From contig CBDCSU010000004.1 of the NCBI GenBank assembly GCA_965221775.1, positions 896,001 through 960,000 on the forward strand: 64,000 nt of DNA, in the 5' to 3' direction. Below are positions 39,432 to 49,266 of the stretch, piece after piece (the stretch's first letter is position 1; the number at the start of each line of letters is the position of its first letter). Source of the DNA: Candidatus Latescibacterota bacterium. GTDB taxonomy: Bacteria; Latescibacterota; UBA2968; UBA8231. Position numbers and translations under genes: made by a program. The notes under the pieces were generated by a model, which saw only the letters and a list, made by a program, of their open reading frames with translations, was not told the DNA's origin and made no database searches.

Positions 39432-40582
39432 CAGCGGACCCCGTGAGTATCGAGGGCCTCGCCGAGAGCCTGGACGACCGCGTCCACCTGCTCCGGCGCA
39501 AGCCCGTTGTAGAGCGGCAGGGTGAGGGTCCGGCGCAGGACCTCCTCGGCCACCGGACAGTCCCCCTCGCCCGTTCCGAGACGATCCCGGGCCGACGGCT
39601 GCAGGTGGCAGGGCGGCCAGTAGAGACTGCCCACGGGCACGTCCCGCTCGCCCAGAGCGGCGGCCACCCGTTCGCGGTCCTCGCCGAGGGTGACGGGGTA
39701 CTTGTACCAGGCGTGCCGCCCGGCGGGCGGGTCGGCCGCGGGGAACCGCGCGACCTCCCGGCCCAGGGCGTCCACCCCCTCGTCGTAGCGCCGGGCCAGG
39801 AGGTCCCGCTCCTGCAGGGTCGGCTCCAGGCGGGCGAGCTGGCGCAGCCCGAGGGCGGTGCTCAGCTCCGGCAGCCGGTAGTTGGCCCCCGGTCGCACCA
39901 GCAGCCGGTCGGGCCCGATGCCGTGGCAGCGGAAGCTGCGGGCGAACTCCGCCAGGCCGTCGTCGCCGGTGGTCAGCATCCCCCCCTCGCCGGTGGTCAT
40001 CACCTTGGTCGGGAAGAACGAAAACGAACCGGCCGTGCCCAGGCTCCCCGCCGGCCGGCCGCCGAGGCGGGCGCCGTGGGCGTGGGCCGCGTCCTCGAGC
40101 AGGGGCAGGCCGCGGTCGGCGCAGAAGGCGGCGATCTCGGCCGCGTCGGGAACGATGAGGCCGCCCACGTGCACCACCACCACGGCGCGGGTGCGCGGGC
40201 CCACGTGAGGACGGATCTGCTCCAGGCCGCTGGACAGGGAGCCCGGATCGATGTCGGCGAGGATGGGCGTGGCGCCGGCGAGGATCGCCGCGTGGACCGT
40301 GGCCATGAAGGTGTTGGTGGTCATCACCACCTCGCCGCCGGCCACCTCCCAGAACCGCAGGGCCACCTCCAGGGGCGCGGTGCCCGAGCTCATGCCCACG
40401 GCGTGGCGGACCCCGGCGGCGCGGGCGAACTCCTCCTCGAAGCGCTCGAGGTACGGCCCCTGGGTGAGCACGCCGCTGCGCAGGATCGCCTCGAAGTCGC
40501 GCAGGAGCGCGGGCAGGTCCTCCTCGGGCAGGTGAGGGCGCGCCTTGCGCAGGGGGGCCGGCATCCGCGGACGAGGGCTCAC
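39431..40582 (-). CDS. DegT/DnrJ/EryC1/StrS sugar aminotransferase
   Basis: [38 protein letters not shown]. Confidence 0.92.
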   Translation of the reverse strand: MSPRPRMPAPLRKARPHLPEEDLPALLRDFEAILRSGVLTQGPYLERFEEEFARAAGVRHAVGMSSGTAPLEVALRFWEVAGGEVVMTTNTFMATVHAAILAGATPILADIDPGSLSSGLEQIRPHVGPRTRAVVVVHVGGLIVPDAAEIAAFCADRGLPLLEDAAHAHGARLGGRPAGSLGTAGSFSFFPTKVMTTGEGGMLTTGDDGLAEFARSFRCHGIGPDRLLVRPGANYRLPELSTALGLRQLARLEPTLQERDLLARRYDEGVDALGREVARFPAADPPAGRHAWYKYPVTLGEDRERVAAALGERDVPVGSLYWPPCHLQPSARDRLGTGEGDCPVAEEVLRRTLTLPLYNGLAPEQVDAVVQALGEALDTHGVR

Positions 40583-40794
40583 GCGGGACCGGTCCGCCGC
40601 CGCGGATCGCGGCTCCGGGGGCCGAGTCGGGACCCGGGCTTCGGGAGGGGTCCGGCCGCGAGCCCCGGGCGCCGTCGCGCCGTCCCGGGGACCCGAACGT
40701 CGGTACGGGCCGCGGCACGGGCGGGCCGGGACCGGACCGCCCTTCCCACCGGTACGGCGGCGAGCCGGGGCTCCACCAGGGGCCCCGACATCGG

Positions 40795-40823
40795 TTGTCG
40801 GTTCCCGAAACCGGGGTTATACT
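40795..40823 (+). promoter_or_regulatory. Sigma-70-like promoter of ispG (possibly leaderless transcript)
   Basis: TTGTCG-N17-TATACT with the ATG only 7 nt downstream and no SD. Confidence 0.55.
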
Positions 40824-40830
40824 CGCTCCC

Positions 40831-41967
40831 ATGGGCCAGCGTCCGAGAAACCCCACCCGTTCGGTGCGCATCGGCGACCTGCACATCGGCGCCGGGCACC
40901 CCGTGGCCGTGCAGAGCATGGCGGCCACGCGCACCCAGGACATCGACGCCACTCTCCGGCAGGTGCGGCTGCTGGAGGCGGCGGGGGCGGATGTCATCCG
41001 CATCGCCGTGGACAGCCGCAAGGACACCGAGGCCCTGGCCGAGATCGCCCGGTCCGCCACCCGGCCTCTGTCCGTCGACCTGCAGGAGAACTACCGGCTG
41101 GCCGAGGTCGTGGCCCCCCACGTGCAGAAGATCCGCTACAACCCGGGTCATCTCTACCATCACGAGCGACGACGCCCGGAGCGCGACAAGGTTGCGTACC
41201 TGGCCGAGGTGGCCGCCGCCAACGACTGCGCCATGCGAGTCGGCGTGAACTGCGGCTCCGTCGATCCGGCCAAGGTCGACCAGTTTCCGGCGGACGACTC
41301 GATCGGCCCCATGCTCGCCTCCGCCCTCGAGCACTGCGAGATGCTCGACTCCATCGGCTTCGAGCGCTACTGCGTCTCCCTCAAGGACTCCGACCCCAAC
41401 AAGGTCATCGACGCCAACCGCCGCTTCGCCGAACAGCGTCCCGACGTCCCCCTCCACCTCGGCGTCACCGAGGCGGGCATGCCTCCCGACGGCGTCATCA
41501 AGACCCGCATCGCCTTCGAGCAACTGCTCTCCGACGGCATCGGCGACACCATCCGCGTCTCCCTCACCCTGCCCTTCGACGACAAGGGCGAGGAGATCGC
41601 CACGGGCCGCGGCATCCTCGAGGACATCGAGGCCGGCCGCTTCCGGTCGGTGCCCCGGTACCGCCCCGAGGGCATGAACATCATCTCCTGCCCCTCCTGC
41701 TCGCGGGTCGAGAACGAGGCCTTCATCGAGCTGGCCCAGAAGGTCCGGGAAGTCACCGAGTACGCGAAGATGCACTCCATCACCATCGCCGTCATGGGGT
41801 GCCGCGTGAACGGTCCGGGAGAGACCGACGACGCCGACCTCGGCCTGTGGTGCGCGCCGACCTTCGTCAACCTGAAGCGCGGCCCCGAACTGGTGGGCCG
41901 GTTCGGCTACGACGAGGTCCTCGAGCGGCTGCGGGAACAGGTCGACGACGTGATCACGTCGCGCTGA
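40831..41967 (+). CDS. ispG: (E)-4-hydroxy-3-methylbut-2-enyl-diphosphate synthase
   Basis: [62 protein letters not shown]. Confidence 0.93.
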   Translation: MGQRPRNPTRSVRIGDLHIGAGHPVAVQSMAATRTQDIDATLRQVRLLEAAGADVIRIAVDSRKDTEALAEIARSATRPLSVDLQENYRLAEVVAPHVQKIRYNPGHLYHHERRRPERDKVAYLAEVAAANDCAMRVGVNCGSVDPAKVDQFPADDSIGPMLASALEHCEMLDSIGFERYCVSLKDSDPNKVIDANRRFAEQRPDVPLHLGVTEAGMPPDGVIKTRIAFEQLLSDGIGDTIRVSLTLPFDDKGEEIATGRGILEDIEAGRFRSVPRYRPEGMNIISCPSCSRVENEAFIELAQKVREVTEYAKMHSITIAVMGCRVNGPGETDDADLGLWCAPTFVNLKRGPELVGRFGYDEVLERLREQVDDVITSR

Positions 41968-41977
41968 AGGCCCCGGG

Positions 41978-42880
41978 TCAACCGACCCCCCACTTCGACA
42001 GCTCCGCCCCCAGCGCCTCTCTCCCCTCGTCGTCGAGATCGACCCTCGGCGGCCTCACCCGGCCGCCGCACAGGCCCGCGGCGTCGAGGCCGGCCTTGAG
42101 CAGCGCCTCCCCGTAGCGGCCGCGCAGCCTCTCCAGCGGCGCCAGCCGGCGCTGGATCTCCACCATCGCCCCCCAGTCCCGCTGCCGCGCCAGGCGCTCC
42201 AGCTCCAGCTCCGGCCCGGGCAGGAAGTTGATGAAGCCCGCGGTGAACCCCTCGATCCCCGCCTGGTAGCGCAGGTGCAGGACCCCCGGGTCGTGGCGCT
42301 TGTTGCCGACCCAGACGAAGCGGTCGCCTAGGCGCTGGATCGCGCGGAAGAGAGGATGATCGTCGATGCAGGGGTCCTTGACGCCGATCACGGCGTCGAT
42401 GGCGGCGAGGCGCTCGAAGAACTCCGCGCTCCAGCCCTGGGTGTTGTACGGGAACAGCCACAGGCCGGGGACGCGCTCGGAGACCAGCCGCAGGTGGTCG
42501 AGGACACCGGTCATGTCGTCGGGGACGCGGTTGCGCTCGAAGGGCGGCATGGCCAAGCAGACGCGGGCCCCGGCCGCCTGGTAGCGGCGGGCCAGCTCCA
42601 CGGCGGCGGCGCTGTTGCCCGGCAGGGTGGGGGTCACCAGAGCGGCGCCGCCGACGGTCTCCAGGGCGACCTCGCCCAGGCGCCCCAGTTCCTCGGCGCT
42701 CAGGGCGTCGATCTCCCCCGTGCCGCCGCCGACGTTGATGACGCGCACGCCCTGGTCGACGAGGAACCGCAGGTTGCCGGCGAAACCCTCCCAGTCGACG
42801 CTCAGCAGGTCGCCGGCGCGGAACGGCGTGACCGCGTAGGCATGCACCGTCTTCAGCTGTTGGCGCAGTTCCTGCGTCAC
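41978..42880 (-). CDS. Dihydrodipicolinate-synthase-family lyase (KdgD/NAL-like)
   Basis: AVTPF, GGGTGE, PYN, IGVKD (Schiff-base Lys), VRPP; RBS AAGGAG; upstream TTGACC-N17-TATTAT. Confidence 0.82.
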   Translation of the reverse strand: MTQELRQQLKTVHAYAVTPFRAGDLLSVDWEGFAGNLRFLVDQGVRVINVGGGTGEIDALSAEELGRLGEVALETVGGAALVTPTLPGNSAAAVELARRYQAAGARVCLAMPPFERNRVPDDMTGVLDHLRLVSERVPGLWLFPYNTQGWSAEFFERLAAIDAVIGVKDPCIDDHPLFRAIQRLGDRFVWVGNKRHDPGVLHLRYQAGIEGFTAGFINFLPGPELELERLARQRDWGAMVEIQRRLAPLERLRGRYGEALLKAGLDAAGLCGGRVRPPRVDLDDEGREALGAELSKWGVG

Positions 42881-43017
42881 CGTCCACTCCTTCTGCAGCT
42901 CTGTGTGGGAAAGACCGCCCCGTGGGCCTCGCGGATCCGGCCGACCGTCGCTTCGGGCGGAGGTTTTTCGCATAATAGGCGCCCCTTCCAGGACGGTCAA
43001 CGAAAGGCAGAGGAGAG

Positions 43018-43755
43018 ATGATCACGGGAGAAGTGAGACTGTGGAAACTGACTCGCAAGCAGATCCGCGAGCGCCTGGCGGCGGGTGAGATCGAGGCCGC
43101 CATCCTGCCCACGGGCAGCACCGAGCAGCACAACGAGCACCTCGAGATCGAGCACGACACGGCCAGCGCCGTCCACGTGGCGCACCAGGCGGCCCTCGGC
43201 CTCTTTCCCAAGGTGGTGGTGGCCACGCCCATCGCCGTGGGCATCTCCGAGCACTGGATGGAGTGGCCGGGCACCCTGACCCTGCGGCCCGAGACGTTCT
43301 ACGCCGTCGCCTACGACACCTGCGAGAGCCTCGCCCGCCACGGCGTCAAGCGCGTGCTGATCTGCAACGGCCACGCCGGCAACGGCCCGCTGCGCGACCA
43401 GGTCGCCGGCTTCAGCGACAAGCTCGGCATCGACGTGCAGTTCCACAGCTACTGGGAGGCGTACTCCCGGGAGTTCGTGGAGCAGCACATGGAGTCGGGC
43501 GACTGTCCGGCCCACGCCGCCGAGTTCGAGACCTCCTTCGCCCTCGCCGCCTTCCCCGGCAACGTCCACTGGGAGGGCGTCGACTACGACGCCGAGAGCT
43601 TCGACATCCAGCGCGAGGGCTACCGCGACCGCGACGCCCCCTACCACTACGCCGCCCGCGACTTGGCCACCCCCCACAAGGGCCGGGTCATGATCGACGC
43701 CGCCGTCGAGTGGGTGGCCGGACGGATGACGGAGATGATGGAGGGCTCGAGATGA
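43018..43755 (+). CDS. Creatininase-family amidohydrolase
   Basis: PTGSTEQHNEHL..HD, GISEHWM..PGTL, NGHAGN, HAAEFETS. Confidence 0.88.
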   Translation: MITGEVRLWKLTRKQIRERLAAGEIEAAILPTGSTEQHNEHLEIEHDTASAVHVAHQAALGLFPKVVVATPIAVGISEHWMEWPGTLTLRPETFYAVAYDTCESLARHGVKRVLICNGHAGNGPLRDQVAGFSDKLGIDVQFHSYWEAYSREFVEQHMESGDCPAHAAEFETSFALAAFPGNVHWEGVDYDAESFDIQREGYRDRDAPYHYAARDLATPHKGRVMIDAAVEWVAGRMTEMMEGSR

Positions 43756-44495
43756 TGAGGAACCCGGTCCGCGAGGAGCTGGCCGCCGGACGGCCCTCGG
43801 TGGGCTCCTGGCTCAACCTGGCCTCGCCCCTGGCGGCGGAGGTCATGGCCGGCGCCGGCTTCCCGTGGCTGTGCGTCGACGCCGAGCACGCCGCCTACGA
43901 CATGGAGTCGATCGCCCACTCCCTGCGTGCCATCGAGTCGCGCGGGGCCTTCCCCCTGGTGCGCGCCTGGGACCACGACCCGGTCACCGCCGGCCGGCTC
44001 CTCGACGCCGGCGCCCGGGGGATCTGCTTCCCCCACGTGAGCAACCCGGAGCAGGCCGAGTCCCTGGCCCGGGCGATGCGCTACCCGCCGCGGGGCACGC
44101 GCTCCTCGGGCACCGGCCGCTGCGTCACCCTCGACCCGGCCTACCGGTCGCTGGCCGACGACGACGTGCTCTGCATCCCCCAGATCGAGGACCCCGAGGG
44201 CATCGACAAGGCCGAGGCGATCGCCCGCGTCGAGGGCGTCGACATCGGCTTCCTGGGGCCGAGCGACCTCGCCCTGGCCATGGGGGTGGAACCGGGCTGC
44301 GACGAGCACGAGGCCGCCCTGCAGCGCTTCCGCGAGGGCTGCGCCCGCGCCGGCACCCCCTCCGGCATCCCCGCGGCGGACGGGGCCGCGGCGAGGCGGC
44401 GGATCGCCGAGGGCTTCCTGTTCATCGACCTGGCCAACGACTTCCGCTTCCTGCAGCAGGCGGCGGAGTCGGAGCTGGAAGCCGCCCGAGGCTGA
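43752..44495 (+). CDS. HpcH/HpaI (GarL-like) aldolase
   Basis: DAEH, LLDAGA.GI.FPHV, RYPPRGTRS, QIED, FLGPSDL. Confidence 0.88.
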   Translation: MMRNPVREELAAGRPSVGSWLNLASPLAAEVMAGAGFPWLCVDAEHAAYDMESIAHSLRAIESRGAFPLVRAWDHDPVTAGRLLDAGARGICFPHVSNPEQAESLARAMRYPPRGTRSSGTGRCVTLDPAYRSLADDDVLCIPQIEDPEGIDKAEAIARVEGVDIGFLGPSDLALAMGVEPGCDEHEAALQRFREGCARAGTPSGIPAADGAAARRRIAEGFLFIDLANDFRFLQQAAESELEAARG

Positions 44496-44734
44496 GCCCC
44501 GGGGGCGCCGATCCAGCGCCAGAGCCGACCATCGGCCCTGGCCGAAGCGGGTGGTGGATTGCGCGCGAGCGGTCTCGTCGGTGCGCCCCCGGCTGGCCTC
44601 ACCCACGCGCTCGAAGCTCGCGGCAGCGGCCGGCCGGAGACCAGGGCGTCCTCAGGGTGCGCGCCCAGGCGCAGGCACCGCGGTACGAGAACCCCTTGCA
44701 CCCGCGGCTGACGTCGGTGGAGCTGGCTGTAGAG

Positions 44735-45661
44735 ATGACGGTCCTCAACTTCGGCTCCCTCAACATCGACCACGTGTACCACGTCGATCACGTGGCGCGG
44801 CCGGGGGAGACCCTGGCCGGCCGCGGCTACAGCGTCTTCGCCGGCGGCAAGGGGGCGAACCAGTCGGCGGCCCTGGCCCTGGCCGGGGCGCCGGTGGCCC
44901 ACGCCGGCCGCGTCGGGCGGGACGGCCGCTGGCTGCTCGAAGGGTTGGCGGCGCTCGGCGTCGACGTGGGCCGCGTCGTCGTGGACGACGACGAACCGAC
45001 CGGCCACGCCGTGATCCAGGTCGAGGAGGAGAGCGGGGAGAACGCCATCGTCCTCTTCCCGGGGTGCAACCGGCGCATCTCACCGGACCAGGTCCGGACC
45101 TGCCTGGACTCTTTCGGTTCCGGGGACATTTTGTTGTTGCAGAATGAGATAAACGACGTACCGAAGATCCTCGTCGAAGCGGAGGGCCGGGGCCTGGGGA
45201 CGTGTCTGAACCCGGCCCCGTACGGACCGGAGGTGGCCGGCTTTCCCCTGGACCGGGTCGATCTGCTGATCGTCAACCGCACCGAGGCGGCCGGTCTGGC
45301 CGGGGACCCGGCCGGCGCGGACGAGACCGCGGCCGAGCAGCTCCTGGACGGCGTGCGGGCGCGGGTGCCGGCCGGCACCGAGATCCTGCTGACCCTGGGC
45401 GCCGCGGGCGCCGTCCTCGACGGACCCGCGGGCAGGCTCTCCCATCCCGCCCTGTCGGCCGGCGCCGCGGTAGACACCACCGGCGCCGGCGACACCTTCA
45501 TCGGCTACTTCCTGGCCGCCCGCCTGGACGGCGGCGGCGACGAGACCTGCCTGCGCCGCGCCGCCGCCGCCGCCGCCCTCTGCGTCACCCGGCCGGGGGC
45601 CCGCGACGCCATCCCGCACCGGGACGAGGTCGACTCTTTCCTCGAGGGAGTACCATCGTGA
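44735..45661 (+). CDS. rbsK: Ribokinase (PfkB family)
   Basis: NFGSLNID, GGKGANQS, TGHAVIQV..GENAI, LLQNE, DTTGAGDTF. Confidence 0.8.
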   Translation: MTVLNFGSLNIDHVYHVDHVARPGETLAGRGYSVFAGGKGANQSAALALAGAPVAHAGRVGRDGRWLLEGLAALGVDVGRVVVDDDEPTGHAVIQVEEESGENAIVLFPGCNRRISPDQVRTCLDSFGSGDILLLQNEINDVPKILVEAEGRGLGTCLNPAPYGPEVAGFPLDRVDLLIVNRTEAAGLAGDPAGADETAAEQLLDGVRARVPAGTEILLTLGAAGAVLDGPAGRLSHPALSAGAAVDTTGAGDTFIGYFLAARLDGGGDETCLRRAAAAAALCVTRPGARDAIPHRDEVDSFLEGVPS

Positions 45662-46782
45662 AGATCACCCGCCTGGAGGTGACCCCCATCCGGCCCCGGG
45701 GCCTGCTGCTGCGGGTGCACACCGACGAGGGCCTGGTCGGCTGCGGCTCGCCGATGAACTACGAGCACGGACGCACCGTCGAGCGCGCCCTGATGGACAT
45801 GGCCGACTACCTCGTCGGCCGCGACCCGCGCCGCATCGAGGACCACTGGCAGGCGCTGTTCCGCTCGTCCTACAGCCGCCAGATGCCGATCCTGCTCGCC
45901 GCCCTCAGCGGTCTCGACATGGCCTGCCTCGACATCCTCGGCAAGTCCCTCGACGCGCCCGTCTGGAGGCTGCTGGGCGGCCCCGTCCGCGATCGAATCC
46001 GGGTCTACTCCGCCGTCGCCGGCCCCTCTCCCGGGGAGTACGCCGCCAACGCCCGGTCGGTCGTGGCGAAGGGGTTCACGGCGGTCAAGATGACCCCCTT
46101 CCCGGATCCCGTGCGCTACATCGACACGCCGGCCCTGGTGGATGACGTCGTCGCACGGGTCGCCGCGGTGAGGGAGGCGGTGGGGTCCGGCGTCGACGTG
46201 GCCATCGACTTCCACCGCGCCGTGAGCCCGGCCATGGCCCGGATCCTGGTGAAGGAGCTGGAGCCCCTGCGGCCGATGTTCATCGAGGAGCCCACCCACC
46301 CGGAGAACGTGGACGCCCTCCTGGAGATCACCCGCTCCACATCGATCCCGATCGCCACCGGCGAGCGCAACACCACCCGCTGGGGCTTCCGGGAGATCTG
46401 CGAGAAGAAGGCCGCCGCCGTCCTGCAGCCCGACATCCGCCACTGCGGCGGCATCCTCGAGATGCGCCGGATCGCCGCCTACGCCGAGGTCCACTACATC
46501 GCCCTGGCCCCCCACTCGGCCGCCGACGCCGTCGGCGTGGCCGCCTCCCTGCAGGCCATGGCCGCCACCCCCAACTTCCTGATCCAGGAGTTCGGCGGCG
46601 GCACCGGCGAGGGGCTGTTCACCGAGCCGCTGCGCTTCGAGGACGGATTCGTGGCCCTGCCCGAGGGACCCGGTCTCGGGATCGAGATCGACCCGGAGGG
46701 CCTGGAGGCGCACCGGCTCACCGACTGGCCGCTGCGCGTCATGCGCCGGTCGGCCGAGGATGGTTCGGTGTCGGACTTCTAG
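45658..46782 (+). CDS. Galactonate-dehydratase-like mandelate racemase/MLE enzyme
   Basis: SGLDMACLDILGK, LLGGPVRDRI, IDFH, FIEEP, ATGER, LQPD..HCGG, APH, QE. Confidence 0.85.
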   Translation: MKITRLEVTPIRPRGLLLRVHTDEGLVGCGSPMNYEHGRTVERALMDMADYLVGRDPRRIEDHWQALFRSSYSRQMPILLAALSGLDMACLDILGKSLDAPVWRLLGGPVRDRIRVYSAVAGPSPGEYAANARSVVAKGFTAVKMTPFPDPVRYIDTPALVDDVVARVAAVREAVGSGVDVAIDFHRAVSPAMARILVKELEPLRPMFIEEPTHPENVDALLEITRSTSIPIATGERNTTRWGFREICEKKAAAVLQPDIRHCGGILEMRRIAAYAEVHYIALAPHSAADAVGVAASLQAMAATPNFLIQEFGGGTGEGLFTEPLRFEDGFVALPEGPGLGIEIDPEGLEAHRLTDWPLRVMRRSAEDGSVSDF

Positions 46783-46804
46783 TCGGGTCCGCCAGGACCG
46801 AAGG

Positions 46805-46879
46805 TGGTGAGCCGGGTGGGGATCGAACCCACGACCAATGGCTTAAAAGGCCACTGCTCTACCACTGAGCTACCGGCCC
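46805..46879 (-). tRNA. tRNA-Lys (anticodon TTT)
   Basis: GGGCCGGTAGCTCAGTGGTAGAGCAGTGGCCTTTTAAGCCATTGGTCGTGGGTTCGATCCCCACCCGGCTCACCA forms a cloverleaf with encoded CCA. Confidence 0.95.
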
Positions 46880-46912
46880 TGCCGATGAAGGTGAGCCTCG
46901 GCTGAAACCGGG

Positions 46913-48199
46913 TCAACGCTCCCGGCGGTCGCGGACCGGGCCCGCCTCGGCCCGGGCGAAGAGCCGGGCCCACTCCTTCGATCCGTCGTCCGGGGTGATC
47001 TCCAGGCGCGTGCCCTCCATCTGGGCGGGGCCGTTTCCGGAGCCGAACCAGGAGTATCCCTGGGCCGGGCTCGCCATGTGCAGACAGCTGCCGTCGGGCC
47101 ACACGACGGTGCTCAGCAGCCGGGGTCTGGGCCGCTCGTAGGGCCGGCCCTCGCGCGCGAAGGGTTCGATCTCCGAGTCGGGGACGCGGAAGCGCTCGAC
47201 GGCCTCCTCGTCGACCTCGACGCCGAGGCCGGGGCCTTCCGGGACCTTGTGGAAACCGCCCACGACCTCGATCGGCTTCTTCAGGAGGTGGTGGCTGTAG
47301 AGGTTGAGGCAGGTGATCGCCGGCCAGGTGGCGTGGCTGAGGACGGCTCCCAGGTGGGCGGCCCAGGTCGTCATCAGGCCGTTGCCGACCAGCTGCAGCC
47401 AGAACGGCATCTGGGCCTCGGCGGACAGCTCTCCCTGGCGCAGGACCGCGCTCTTGCCGCCCGAGACCACGAAGCCGTCGCAGACCTCCTCGCGGACGCA
47501 GGTGATGTACGGAGGCCCCCCGAAGTGCATGGCCACCGGCCGCGAGGTGGCGCGGCGGATCTGGCGGTTGCCGAGCAGGTCGCCCTGCGGGATCGGGCTC
47601 TCGAACATGGCCACGTTCCCGAAGGGCTCGAGGCGGCCGATGATGGGGATCGCGGCGGCCGCGTTCTGCCAGGTGGCGTTCGGGTCGAGGTCGAGCTTGA
47701 AGTGAGGGGGAACGACCCGGGAGATCGCTTCCACCTGGGCGACGATGTCCCACCAGGGGCGCGGCTTGTTCTTGAAGCTGGTATAGCCCGCGGCCACGGC
47801 GTCGGCGGCCTCGGCCGCCCAGTCCTCGGGAGAGGCGTCGATCGACCACCAGCTGATCGGCACCCAGTCGCGCTGGATGGTGCCGAGGAGCCGGTGCACG
47901 GGGACCTCCAGGGCCTTGCCCATCAGGTCGAAGACCGCCATCTGCAGGCCGCTGCCGAGACCGTCGTCGTTCATCACCTCGGCGGCGGGCCTCCCCTTGA
48001 CGCGTTCCACGGCGTCGTCGGAGACCCGGGCCCAGGTGTAGTGCACCACCGTCTCGCCCCAGCCCACGTGGCCGCTGTCGGAGGTGACCTTGCACAGCTC
48101 CAGGACCGACCAGTTGTAGACCTCGCGGGCCGTGATCCTCTGCTGGCGCTCGGTGAAAGGCACGTCCACCGTGATCCGCTCGACATCGACGATCTTCAT
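46913..48199 (-). CDS. Mandelate racemase/MLE (enolase superfamily) enzyme with C-terminal extension
   Basis: GWGE, QMAVFDLMGKALEVPVHRLLG, FKNK, LDPN, FESP, PEGPGLGVEVDE. Confidence 0.82.
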   Translation of the reverse strand: MKIVDVERITVDVPFTERQQRITAREVYNWSVLELCKVTSDSGHVGWGETVVHYTWARVSDDAVERVKGRPAAEVMNDDGLGSGLQMAVFDLMGKALEVPVHRLLGTIQRDWVPISWWSIDASPEDWAAEAADAVAAGYTSFKNKPRPWWDIVAQVEAISRVVPPHFKLDLDPNATWQNAAAAIPIIGRLEPFGNVAMFESPIPQGDLLGNRQIRRATSRPVAMHFGGPPYITCVREEVCDGFVVSGGKSAVLRQGELSAEAQMPFWLQLVGNGLMTTWAAHLGAVLSHATWPAITCLNLYSHHLLKKPIEVVGGFHKVPEGPGLGVEVDEEAVERFRVPDSEIEPFAREGRPYERPRPRLLSTVVWPDGSCLHMASPAQGYSWFGSGNGPAQMEGTRLEITPDDGSKEWARLFARAEAGPVRDRRER

Positions 48200-49266
48200 G
48201 ATCCCACCTCCACGCGGCCGCCGCTCCGGGCCGCGGCATAAGCCGCCTCGACGAAGCGCATCGCCCGCAGGGCGTCGTCGCCGCCGGTGACGAAGGCGCC
48301 GCCCATGCGCGCCGCGGCGGCGAAGCGGCGCACGAACTCCCACCCCAGGCCGCCGCCGTACCCGGTCCCCTCCGGCGGCTCGAGGGTGACCACCTCGGGA
48401 CCGGGCCCCTCGCTGCGCGGTCCCTCGCTGTGGATGTAGAGGGTGTTCTGCCGGCCCACGAAGTCGAAGTGGGGCCAGACGATCTCGCCGAGGTCGCCGC
48501 GCAGGGTGATGCCGATGTCCCCGTAGCGCTGGCGCAGCACGTAGCCGGCGTGGAGGTTGCCCACGGCTCCCCCCTGGAGGGTGAAGGAGAGGGCGGCCAT
48601 GTCCTCCACGTCGATCTCGCGGTTGAAGGTGGCGGTGAAGCCGGAGACCGAGCCGAACTCCTGGCCCGTCAGGTAGCGGACCAGGTCGATGTGGTGGATG
48701 GCCAGCCAATGCAGAATGCCGCCGCCGGCCACCTGCTTGCGGAACAGCCAGTGGCCGGGGTTGCGCTGGCGCACCGAGCTGGTGACCATGCGCGCCTCGA
48801 TCGACTGGACCCGCCCGATGGCCTGCTCCTCCACCACGAGGCGGCGGATGCGGCGCGCCGCCGGCTGCAGGCGGTTGAGGAACCCGGGGGCCCAGATCGT
48901 CCCGCCCCGGGCGGCGGCCTCGTTGAGCCGCTCGACGTCAGCGCTGCCGCGCCCGGCGGGCTTCTCGACGATGCACGGAAGCCCCCCGGCCAGCAGCTTC
49001 GAGCCGATCTCGGCGGCCTGGTCGTTGCGCACCGACACCAGCGCCGCGTCGGGCCGGAGGGAGGGATGGAGGAGGTCCTCCGGCGAGACGGCCTCGGCCT
49101 CCTGCGGGACCTCCGGGCGGGCGACGCCGGGATCGTCCACGTCGCAGACCAGCAGCCGCCCGGCCTCGGGCAGGGTGTGAAGGGTCTCCAGCCAGCCCCG
49201 GCTGTGGGGCGCGGTCAGGCCGACCAGGGCCAGGGTCAGGGGGCGGCCGGCTTCGGACTCGGTCAT
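48196..49266 (-). CDS. Gfo/Idh/MocA family oxidoreductase
   Basis: IVEKPAG, GGGILHWLAIHHIDL, VEDMA. Confidence 0.87.
   Translation of the reverse strand: MTESEAGRPLTLALVGLTAPHSRGWLETLHTLPEAGRLLVCDVDDPGVARPEVPQEAEAVSPEDLLHPSLRPDAALVSVRNDQAAEIGSKLLAGGLPCIVEKPAGRGSADVERLNEAAARGGTIWAPGFLNRLQPAARRIRRLVVEEQAIGRVQSIEARMVTSSVRQRNPGHWLFRKQVAGGGILHWLAIHHIDLVRYLTGQEFGSVSGFTATFNREIDVEDMAALSFTLQGGAVGNLHAGYVLRQRYGDIGITLRGDLGEIVWPHFDFVGRQNTLYIHSEGPRSEGPGPEVVTLEPPEGTGYGGGLGWEFVRRFAAAARMGGAFVTGGDDALRAMRFVEAAYAAARSGGRVEVGS

Noticed and set aside
44496-44734. 240-bp gap before the ribokinase as a riboswitch or small ORF
   Set aside because: No recognisable aptamer consensus or convincing coding signal
46805-46879. 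tRNA-Lys as the integration site of a genomic island
   Set aside because: No integrase, no duplicated tRNA 3' end seen and no compositional shift on either side
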